A stretch of DNA of 64,000 bases from Nematocida ausubeli (lineage: Eukaryota). The notes below the pieces were generated by a model. It was not told the DNA's origin, searched no databases, and was given only the letters and a program-made list of their open reading frames with translations. The position numbers and the translations under genes are program-made. Of this stretch, positions 1-8,990 are shown piece after piece (within the stretch, counting starts at the first letter, position 1; every line of letters starts with the position of its first letter). Location: positions 124,001-188,000 of the forward strand of contig NW_026515634.1 of NCBI RefSeq assembly GCF_000738915.1. The letters run 5' to 3'.

Positions 1-1352
1 TAGAGAGAATATGTACACAATATGCTCAAAGAAGCCCTATACTCTAGTATAAGGCCTTATATTGCTGGATAACATTCTTTGCATAAATGAGTGCTTTAAA
101 AGAAACTCAATAAATATTCTTGCTTTAAAGCGCATGTTTTATTATTTGTAAAAGCATATTCATTAGCATGAGTTTATTAGAATTGAATATATTTATGTCT
201 TAAAAAGCCTGCATCTCCACTGAAAATAGGGTTTATCAAACCTTACATAGTTTATAATGCCTTTGTTTTCAGATTCTTAATCTTTCTCACCATCATTCTT
301 GTAATAATTGTTTTCACTATTTCTTATTCTTTCAAATTATAATGTCTTCTTTTTGATACTCTAATGTCTTCCTCTCTAACTAGATATGAATTATCTCTGC
401 ACTTCTCCACTATTATTCCTTCTACTACCAATCAACCCTTATATGTTTTCTAGCTTTCTCAAATTTTCAGATTCTGGAATTCTCACTCTTTCATCTCTTT
501 TAAATTCTTCTCTTATTTCTTTTTAAACAAATTTACACTTGGTCATTCTTTACTATTTTTGCCTTCTTCTATTAGTGTCTATTCTTTCCTTTTTCGTTCG
601 AGTGCCTCTGCTTTTTATCTTGATCGCTTCCATATACAATGCACAATCTTAATCTCTTTCTCTTTTTTGAAGAGGCATTTGCGTTTTAGGTTCTTGCGTT
701 TTTGCAGTTTCTTCGAATATCTTTGTCTCTTCTATTTAAAAGATAAAATGTACACTTTCCTAGAATTAAAATTACTTGAAGACTTTTTTTCTGTATAAGT
801 TATACATATATAGAGTGTGCAAGACTTCGCAAACTTATATGCCACAGACCCGGCATAATGTGTATAAAACAGCTGCAAAGTGACTTATAATACTGAAAAA
901 AATATGTATATCATGCACACTACAGTATAGATTGTTGGAGGTATACTTTTCGGAGAAGACTAGCTAAAGGTACACTAAAAATATACAGTGTTATATCCCA
1001 CAGTCCTAAAACATAAAGTAGGGCATGTATTACTATGAAATAGCACATCTTGAGATTTATCATCTTAGAAAATGCTCTGTATAATTTAAGTACAGACATG
1101 TTATATCAAGAGACAAATGTATACGCAGGGTTCTTTGGCTAGTGAGTAATATGTTGTTTGATGCCAATAAAGAACAAAAGTTGCATAGATCCTTCTAATT
1201 TAGCATTGCTTCTTACAGAGTAGAGCACTAATTTAGTAATTTACTTTTCTGTATAGAATGGAAAAAGTGACTTTATGTTTAAAGATTACTTACACTGAAA
1301 AATACTAGAAAATATTGCGCTTGCTATTTATTCAAAAGTAGCACAAATGCCA

Positions 1353-2078
1353 TTATATGTACACTGCTTTCTGCACGAAGTCTCTTGCGCGCATAGCTAG
1401 CAAGGTGCAGCCCCATCGAAGAAATTGGGCATACTCCTTTCCCGAAAGCTTAGAGTACCCAGAAAGTCTCTCATAGAAACAAATTGGGATTTCGTCTATT
1501 TTCTGGTGACAGTGGTAGAGTATCTCCATTTGGTATGCAAAGCCCTGCGCCTTAACGTTCCTAATTGCATAGTTAATAACATCCCTCTTGTAGATGCGGT
1601 AGCTATTTGTCATATCACTGTTTCTTTTCCCTGTAAATATGTATGCAAGAATGTTTGCGCCCTGGCTTGTCATCTTTCTGGAAAAGGGCCAGTTGCATGT
1701 TCCGCCCTCTCCGGTATACCTAGAGCCTATAACAACCCCTGCTCGGGTTTCTTTGATCTTTTTGAGAAGCCGCAGGATTTCGCGCGGGTCGTGGCTTAGG
1801 TCTGAGTCAAGAATCACTACATAATCCCCTGACGCATGCTCCAGTCCTCTTTTGTATGCATTCCCCAGGCCAAGCTTCTCCTTTCGCGTAAGCACTTGCG
1901 CAGTTATCCCCAGCTTGTCTGCAATGGCGGTGCAAGCGGCAGATGTTCCATCGCTGCTGCCATCATCTACAATGATGATTTCATACTGGACAGCCTTTAA
2001 AACTTCGGAAATAAGGTACATTAAAAGAGGGGCATTATCTTTTTCGTTGTGAGTGGGTATTATAATAGACAATTCCAT
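1353..2078 (-). CDS. DPM1: Dolichol-phosphate mannosyltransferase (GT2)
   Basis: 241 aa ORF; LSIIIPTHNE, IIIVDDGSSDGT, KLGLGNAY, LDSDLSHDP (DxD), GSRY motifs typical of Dpm1. Confidence 0.93.
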   Translation of the reverse strand: MELSIIIPTHNEKDNAPLLMYLISEVLKAVQYEIIIVDDGSSDGTSAACTAIADKLGITAQVLTRKEKLGLGNAYKRGLEHASGDYVVILDSDLSHDPREILRLLKKIKETRAGVVIGSRYTGEGGTCNWPFSRKMTSQGANILAYIFTGKRNSDMTNSYRIYKRDVINYAIRNVKAQGFAYQMEILYHCHQKIDEIPICFYERLSGYSKLSGKEYAQFLRWGCTLLAMRARDFVQKAVYI

Positions 2079-2886
2079 GTAAACAAAAGTTTTACAAATT
2101 ATATATGAATTTCCGTAAGCTCATATACTGTAGTAAGACATTGCGCGTGTGGTAGGTCTTTAAGAGCATCTTTCAATATAGAAAGCCTTTAATACGTCTA
2201 GTGTTCTGTAAATTATACCAGCCTACCCACCTATGCCCATTGTAACATAGAAACCCCAAGAGACTAGAAGTTTATAAAGAACAATTCTATTTTATAGTTA
2301 AAGCAGCAGCTGGCTCTTAAATAATGGCTTTAGATCTTTGCCTATTAACTTCCAGCCTCAAATGCACTAACCAATGCTAGAGTTTAGCTTATTTTACAGT
2401 ATATCCACAGTGGTTATATCTGGTGAGGTGTTTCTCTACGAACTGATTCCTAATATGAGAATGTGCATGCAGATTCTAAAATGCTTTTTATTCTGTTGTG
2501 CCAGCAAAAACTCAACATATTAGAACAGTAAGACATAAATGCAAATTAGACACATGTAGAATTAAATAAATAGCTCTCCCAAAAGCTCATATAGGATACA
2601 TGTTTTTTGATAGTACAATATAGATGTTGGTTTAAAGACAGTGGCATAGTAGATTTTTCTATTATAAAAGATTCCTTGCGTATATACAATGGGTATAAAA
2701 ACTCTACTGCAGTTCTGCATGGTACTGTCACTCTATATTTCCGCATGCTTTGTAAGCACCAGTTATTCTTCACAGTGAAAAGTTTATTATGTATTAAACT
2801 TAAATCCTGTATTTATATACATATATAGCATCATTGTGATCTTATATAGAAAGAAGTCAGTTTGATAAATAAATAATTATTCAGAA

Positions 2887-3133
2887 TTTACTAGCAGTTG
2901 TTTTCTAGAAGACGCCATTTATAAACTTTTTCTTTATTTAAAATTCAATCTATTTAAATAGCTTCAAGTAAGATACTTTTTTCTTCTTGAGCTTATTTAA
3001 ACCAATCAGATAATTTTACTAATTAAGAAATTAGTTCTTTCGAGTCAAGCCCAATCACTTGTATTCTGTATACCGGAATGCAAAGAATCCAATATTTTGA
3101 AATGCAGCAGTTTTTAGACTAAACATACAACAT
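2887..3133 (-). pseudogene. Decayed 5' part of a probable secreted-protein gene (copy A of inverted repeat pair)
   Basis: Frame from ATG 3133 reads MLYV*SKNCCISKYWILCIPVYRIQVIGLDSKELIS* with internal stops; homologous to 5557-5789 (+); upstream TATATAA and GTAAACAAA sites. Confidence 0.5.
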
Positions 3134-3494
3134 CTCTGTATTGTATGCATATCATCTGATTATATACATATTATTGGACACAACAACAATTTGTCTTTGT
3201 TTACATTAAACATGACATTAATTAGTGTGTTTGTTTACTTTGATAAATGTCAAAGTTAAATTAAAGACAAAACTATTTAAAGAGTTGAGTTTTCAAACAA
3301 ATACTAAAGTTCAACATTGACTCCTTTTAAGAAATCAAGCCTCGGCATCACTTCTGATCATATGTCTTATATTGTGCCTACGCACTGGGCACGATACAAA
3401 GAAAGGCATTCTGCTTATATACCTGCAATAAATGGCATGAATATATTTATACTTTATTTCATATAGAAGAGAAAGGTTTGCTTTTTCTGGTGAT

Positions 3495-3725
3495 TTAGTG
3501 CATCTTTTCGTCTGCAAGGAATCCTTCTTGTGGGTACTCAAACTTAAGAATCTTCTGCATTATATCCACTGTGGTCAGCATGACTGTTCTGCAGCAGGGC
3601 CTTTTTAGCCCTAGCTCAGTCAGAATCTTTGCCTTGTCGTTGCTTGTGGTGCATCTTTCCATGTACTCCTCCCACATTCCAGACACCTCCTTTCCGCACG
3701 TAAAGCATCGCACTGGTATTAACAT
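3495..3725 (-). CDS. RPB10: RNA polymerase I/II/III subunit RPABC5
   Basis: MLIPVRCFTCGK ... LGLKRPCCRTVMLT zinc-binding signature. Confidence 0.97.
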   Translation of the reverse strand: MLIPVRCFTCGKEVSGMWEEYMERCTTSNDKAKILTELGLKRPCCRTVMLTTVDIMQKILKFEYPQEGFLADEKMH

Positions 3726-3774
3726 AAAAAATTAATGTGGGCGCAGAATAAATAGAAAAATTTGTAACGATATT

Positions 3775-4551
3775 ATGTCATCATGCATAACTAGTTGCAG
3801 CAGCTGCCCCTCAAAGAATGTGTGCACCATAAAGAACGAAGAAAGCGGGCCCAGCGAGATACAAAAGAAGTTCATGAACAAAAAAGTATTTGGGGTAATG
3901 AGCGGGAAAGGAGGTGTTGGAAAGAGCACCATTTCTGCAAGCCTAGCTCTGCAAATGTCAAAAATAAAAAAGACGTGCATCATTGATGCAGACATCGCAG
4001 GCCCAAGCATAGCCAGAGCCACCGGTGTAGAAAGCTCGCAGTTTATTGCAGGGAAGCTCATTCCGTCCAGAACAGAGGCACTCGACGTGTTTACCCCTGA
4101 GGATAAAGAAAATGCGCACACAAAGGGAATGGAGATACTGCAGTATCTAAGCAGCATTGATGTGGATGAGTATGAGGCAGTCGTAATTGACACACCGCCC
4201 GGCACGTCAGACATCCATATAGCGCTTGCAAAGCACATTCCAAATATAAATATTATTCTGGTAAGCACTCCACACAAGCTAAGCATTGCCGACACAAACA
4301 GGCAGATATCCTTTTGCAGCAAGACAGGCCTTAAGATTGTTGGATTGGTTGAGAACATGAGTGGGTACACATGCGGAAACTGTCAGTTTGTGGTGCCTGT
4401 GCACAGAACAGCCCAGCTGGAGGGAGTTCCAGAAGACGTCCCGCGCATTGCAGTGCCAATGTGCCAGGACATTGCAAAAGAGTCGGACCATGGAGTGGCT
4501 AAGTCCGTTACACAGTATATGAACATTAGCCAACTGAAAATTTTTAACTAA
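3775..4551 (+). CDS. NBP35: Cytosolic Fe-S cluster assembly P-loop NTPase (Nbp35/NUBP family)
   Basis: N-terminal Cys cluster, SGKGGVGKST, DADIAGPS, IDTPPGTSD, GLVENMS, CGNC. Confidence 0.9.
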   Translation: MSSCITSCSSCPSKNVCTIKNEESGPSEIQKKFMNKKVFGVMSGKGGVGKSTISASLALQMSKIKKTCIIDADIAGPSIARATGVESSQFIAGKLIPSRTEALDVFTPEDKENAHTKGMEILQYLSSIDVDEYEAVVIDTPPGTSDIHIALAKHIPNINIILVSTPHKLSIADTNRQISFCSKTGLKIVGLVENMSGYTCGNCQFVVPVHRTAQLEGVPEDVPRIAVPMCQDIAKESDHGVAKSVTQYMNISQLKIFN

Positions 4552-4739
4552 TGCAGCAAGCTAGGCAGACACTTGCACAGCCGATAGAGCTTCTATCCAT
4601 GGAGAAGCTAGACAAGATCCAGGAGTATGTGGAGACTGAAGAGAAGGTGTATGCACTTGCCTCAGAAGTAGAGCAGCTGCTCTCCATGCATATTGAGAAA
4701 AGAGACTTTTTATTTGGACACATATGCAGAGATATATAG
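4551..4739 (+). CDS. Small hypothetical protein (62 aa)
   Basis: ORF fills the gap between NBP35 and the RLC gene; TAATG stop/start overlap; coding-like composition. Confidence 0.55.
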   Translation: MQQARQTLAQPIELLSMEKLDKIQEYVETEEKVYALASEVEQLLSMHIEKRDFLFGHICRDI

Positions 4740-4758
4740 CACAACAAAAGAAATTTTT

Positions 4759-5250
4759 ATGAATCGAAGAAGGAGAACTGCGCGGCAGAGCTCAAATGTG
4801 TTCATGGCCTTTGCCCAGCCACAGATACTGGAGCTTAAGGAAATATTTAACCTGCTGGACAGCACAGCAGATGGGTTTATTTCAAAAGAGGATCTTGTTT
4901 CGTTTTTGGACAGCATAGGTGCTCCCCTGACAAAGGAGGAAATTGACGAAATGATGTACGACATGGGGGACAGGTTTAACTTTACGCAGTTCCTGACATC
5001 GCTGTGTGAAAGGCTTGCAAACCTAGATGCGCAGAATGTGATTGAGCAGGCGATTGGGGTGTTTGACCCTGCAGGAACAGGGAAGGTCTCACTCACAGAC
5101 CTGAAAGAAGCGCTTTCCCAGGGTGAGACAGCCATCACACCGCAAGAATGGGCTGTTCTGGAGAAGGAGCTAAAGCCAGAGGAAGGCAAGCTCCCAATCC
5201 CTGAAATTGCTAAGATCATAAAGAACTGCGGACTTTTGTCTGCCAAGTGA
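4759..5250 (+). CDS. Myosin regulatory light chain (EF-hand)
   Basis: Basic N-terminus RRRRTARQSSNVF..F...QILELKEIFNLLD, EF-hand DSTADGFISKEDL, NFTQFLT; ATG at 4759 after a T-run. Confidence 0.85.
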   Translation: MNRRRRTARQSSNVFMAFAQPQILELKEIFNLLDSTADGFISKEDLVSFLDSIGAPLTKEEIDEMMYDMGDRFNFTQFLTSLCERLANLDAQNVIEQAIGVFDPAGTGKVSLTDLKEALSQGETAITPQEWAVLEKELKPEEGKLPIPEIAKIIKNCGLLSAK

Positions 5251-5556
5251 TGATATAGCCTACATCTGGGTGTTTGCTTGTTACTGTCTAATAAAAGCTA
5301 ACATATAACCAATTTTTTCCTTTTCATACTATATATAGAGAAAGCTTGAGAGCATGCATTTAGAGCTCTTCATCTAACCAGAATATCTAGCAAGCGCAGT
5401 GTGTGCAGATATTTCTATTTAGCTAGATGTGCTTCTCTAAGGTACATTTATTGCACGTTTTGGTTTTCCTTCCTTGCTGAAATGAAATTCTCTTTTCTAG
5501 TCAGCAATGTAGAAGGTATGAAGTAACTACTACCTCTTCAGGCTTTGGTTACATAC

Positions 5557-5789
5557 CTGTTATATGTTCAGTCTAACGACTGGTGAATTTCAAAATATTG
5601 GATTCTTTGTATTTTCGTATACAGGATACAAGTAATTAGGCTTTACTCGAAAGGATCAATTTCTTAATTAGTCTAAATATGATTTAAAAGAAGAAAATGT
5701 TTCATTTAAAACTATCTAAACAGATCGAGATTTAAATAAAGACAAAGCTTAACAATGTGAGACCTTCTAAAATAACAACTCATAGTAAA
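5557..5789 (+). pseudogene. Copy B of inverted repeat pair / pseudogene fragment
   Basis: Aligns by eye to the reverse complement of 2887-3133 (shared CAAAATATTGGATTCTTTG, AATTTCTTAATTAGT, TTTAAATAAAGA); frame LLYVQSNDW*ISKYWILCIFVYRIQVIRLYSK. Confidence 0.55.
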
Positions 5790-6141
5790 CAGATGCATGC
5801 GATAATGTGCACAAGATTTTCACTAGTTACAAGCTATTGCGCTTTCTTTCTATGTTATTAGCACTCTAAAGTAGAAATACCGCTCTAATATTACTTTCAA
5901 GTGCGTTTCTTGCTCTGTATTTTTGGGTCTCTTGCTTGCAGCACTTATATAGCAATTAGCGTAGGTCACTATAGACCTAAGCAAAGAGCACTTTCTTGCC
6001 ACAAGCTGGCATGGCTGTTAAACATGTAGGGACTTAAATACACACAAATTTGAAGGCCAAGGAAGAAAAAAAATCAAAGATAAATTTATTAAGAATACTT
6101 GAGAATCTCTGGGAAATCTTTCTTGCCTAAAGTTTAGCCAT

Positions 6142-7221
6142 CTATGCATCATCCTCCTTTATCATAGCATATATCGAATCAGGGATAAAAAGAACCAGCA
6201 TATCTGAATCGCACACAATTCCATTCTGTATGATTGTGCCGATCTGCACAGCGCTAGGAGACGTTTGTGCCTCTGTAGCTGTCTTTTTTTCGTCCTCAGA
6301 CTCCTGCCCACCACATGATACAACCAAAAACACACCTACCTCATTTACGTCTATCCTATCGTTCTTTGAGTAGTTGATTAGATGGGATGAGTATAAGAGC
6401 CGTGTTTTTTCTTCTAGCGAAAGACTTACATACTTTCTGTTTCTCTCCAAGAGCGCACAGACAAGCTCCCTAGTTCGTCTCTGGTCCACCATAAGAATCG
6501 CGGTGTAGGCGTCTGACGTCACCACCCACACCTTTGCATCGATCGTGCAGATGACACTTGCAGTCCGGGGACAGCTGTAGAGAAGAGAGATCTCTCCAAA
6601 CAGCGAGTTTTGGCGAAGAGTAGCCTTTAGCTTTCCATTCTGCAAAATCTGAAACTCGCCGCTTTCCACGAGATACATTGTTTTCCCATACTCCCCCTGA
6701 TTAATGAGCTTTTCCCCTTTGTAAACGTGCTGCAGGAACATAGTGGACACAAGCTTTTTCATCTGCTCCACGTCCATTGTGCTGGCAATGAGCCGCGTGT
6801 TTGCTAAAATATTTAGCAGCATCTCAGAAATCTTGTCAGACTTTGGGTAGATCGTGAGAGGCGCAAAAGGGTTTCCAGACGCGCTGACACTGCCACGTCT
6901 TTTTCTGTTGAAGGGGACTTCATAGTCTGTAGACGAAGCGGGAATTTGCTCCATCACTGCAATCTCCTCTACTTCCTCCTCTGAAGAAAAAAGGTCGGCA
7001 ATCGTATCTCTGAATAAGCTCTCCGAAAAGCCCACAATATCCTCGTTTTCTGCATTTATAGCGTACAGGGATAGAGCGTCGCTTGCGAACTTAAACGTAT
7101 TCTCTATTTTGCTTCCCTTTTCGTTTATGTACTCGCTTAAAATACTTACTGCCTTACAGAAGTCTTTATCCATAAAAAGAAAAATTGTCAAAGCGTTTAT
7201 TTCTAGTTCCTTACTATTCAT
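6142..7221 (-). CDS. BCY1: cAMP-dependent protein kinase regulatory subunit
   Basis: RRGSVSA inhibitor/autophosphorylation site; cNMP domain QGEYGKTMYLVESG...FGEISLLYSCPRTASV. Confidence 0.9.
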   Translation of the reverse strand: MNSKELEINALTIFLFMDKDFCKAVSILSEYINEKGSKIENTFKFASDALSLYAINAENEDIVGFSESLFRDTIADLFSSEEEVEEIAVMEQIPASSTDYEVPFNRKRRGSVSASGNPFAPLTIYPKSDKISEMLLNILANTRLIASTMDVEQMKKLVSTMFLQHVYKGEKLINQGEYGKTMYLVESGEFQILQNGKLKATLRQNSLFGEISLLYSCPRTASVICTIDAKVWVVTSDAYTAILMVDQRRTRELVCALLERNRKYVSLSLEEKTRLLYSSHLINYSKNDRIDVNEVGVFLVVSCGGQESEDEKKTATEAQTSPSAVQIGTIIQNGIVCDSDMLVLFIPDSIYAMIKEDDA

Positions 7222-8362
7222 TTATGCATGCTTGCGAGAAGTCCTGGATGTACGCCTCGTTGCACATTTTAATGAAATCCTCAAACGGACAGTATATCCC
7301 GCTCTTTATCTTGACAGGATTGCATTTTGGCATCTCCATTATCTTTCCATTGTATCGCATCTGTACATATCTTTTTTCAGACCCAGGTTTTCTGAAAAGC
7401 TCAAAGACCACATTTGCTCCAAACTTAGGCCACTCCATAGTGTTTAGCCCGACAGACATCAGAAGAGGATAGACAGTAATGTCGTGCGCAGAGAAGATAG
7501 AAGCCTTTATGCTGCTTTCTTTGCCAATAGACTTAACAAGCATACACTCTGAAATTTCCTTCAAAAGGCCTCCTGTGTTCAAGGAGAGAGCCTCTTTCAT
7601 ATTTAGGTGGTTGAACCAAAGCTGAACAGAGTACTTTTCCAACGAGGACATAATCGACTTGGGAACACGCAGGAACTGTGTCAGCCCGTGCGCCCGGCTG
7701 CTCACCACCAGATCGTATATTGCATACGGGCTGAGTGTGGAGAAGAAGGGCGAGTGGTTTTTTGTAAAATACTTGCGAATCTCAGACGCCTCACCTTCAA
7801 ATGTCTTTTTCAGCGTCTGGTGCGACATATCTTTCAGCGCCTTCAGCTTCGGGCAGTATTTATTGCTGGTGAGCGAGTCCTGTGTCAAGTCCATCACAGA
7901 CACGTTCATTGCCTCCCGAGTGTCCTTGTATATCCCCTGCATCAGAGACTGCAGACTCTCTAGTGTTCTTTGGAAGTTTGTTGATCTCAGATTGAACTCG
8001 CTGCTTTTAAAGCTTGGGCTCAGCAGCTTTTCCTCCTCAATATATTTCTTCCTAAACCACTTGCCAACATTAAAAAGAGTTTCTCTTCCTTTGTCAGTTA
8101 GCTGCCCTGGGGCGCAGTTAAACTGGCGGCCCGAGTTTTGGGTGATTTTAAACCGAACCGGCATGGCAGGCCCTATGTGCATGTAGCTCAGAAGGCTCTT
8201 TGCCCTATCAAGTAGCGTGGGGTTCTTCCTGGGAATGGTATAGTCAATCTGAGATACCCTATGGCACATATTCCAATTTGTTTTATCATGAGGGCCAAAC
8301 ATGAGTGGTGTCCTCTCTCCATGTCTATGCACTAGATGCACATATTCTAATTGTAATCGCAT
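7214..8362 (-). CDS. Histidine acid phosphatase (His_Phos_2 family)
   Basis: RHGERTP catalytic motif, GQLTDKG, RSTNFQRT, SAHDIT; ATG at 8362 chosen after a T-run. Confidence 0.9.
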   Translation of the reverse strand: MRLQLEYVHLVHRHGERTPLMFGPHDKTNWNMCHRVSQIDYTIPRKNPTLLDRAKSLLSYMHIGPAMPVRFKITQNSGRQFNCAPGQLTDKGRETLFNVGKWFRKKYIEEEKLLSPSFKSSEFNLRSTNFQRTLESLQSLMQGIYKDTREAMNVSVMDLTQDSLTSNKYCPKLKALKDMSHQTLKKTFEGEASEIRKYFTKNHSPFFSTLSPYAIYDLVVSSRAHGLTQFLRVPKSIMSSLEKYSVQLWFNHLNMKEALSLNTGGLLKEISECMLVKSIGKESSIKASIFSAHDITVYPLLMSVGLNTMEWPKFGANVVFELFRKPGSEKRYVQMRYNGKIMEMPKCNPVKIKSGIYCPFEDFIKMCNEAYIQDFSQACINE

Positions 8363-8990
8363 AAAAAAACAAAAGTTAAACCATAAATAGAGAGCGCTTG
8401 TAGAGATTTGTGTGCACAGCCATGCCAAGCATCTTCCTCTAATGTGCTCTGTGTGTACACACTGCTCTTTCCAACTATACATGCAGTGCCTCTGCCTATT
8501 AATGGATTCTGCCTGGCAGGAAAGGCTTCCAGTGTTTTCTACAGGGTTTGTGCTGCGTTTCTTTCTCTAGCATTCTTATTTATGACTGCGCATACATGTG
8601 CCAAGTTTGCTGCTGCCCAAGTTATATTTCCCAGCTAGCCCAGAAGAGTATTTTAAATTCAAATAAATAGTAAGTATGCATTTAAAGTATCCTTCCAACT
8701 GCACCAATCCTGTGGCACCCATGGAATTACCACTGCCACTCTGAGTGTGAAAACTTCTTGTGCGAAATGACTCTATTGTTAGGCTTTCTAATGTGCTGCT
8801 GTGCACTTCTTTCTATTTAGTCACACCATGTATACATAGCCTGGAAAATAATTCTGCTGTCCAGGCTTTCTGTGCGAATTCATCTTGACATAGAAGACAG
8901 AAGCCTTTTCAATTCAGTTGGCAGTTCGCCTGTTATACATAAAACAATGTATTACAATATGTGTGTAAAATAGGATGTACAAAGAAATAC

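Noticed and set aside
3335..3445. Possible H/ACA snoRNA (hairpin GTGCC/GGCAC followed by ACA, minus strand)
   Set aside because: No convincing pseudouridylation pocket or target; may be RPB10 3'UTR
5564..5635. 23-aa peptide MFSL.T..FQNIGFF..YT.YK shared by both inverted-repeat copies
   Set aside because: Differences in this frame are mostly non-synonymous; the neighbouring frame shows more synonymous changes
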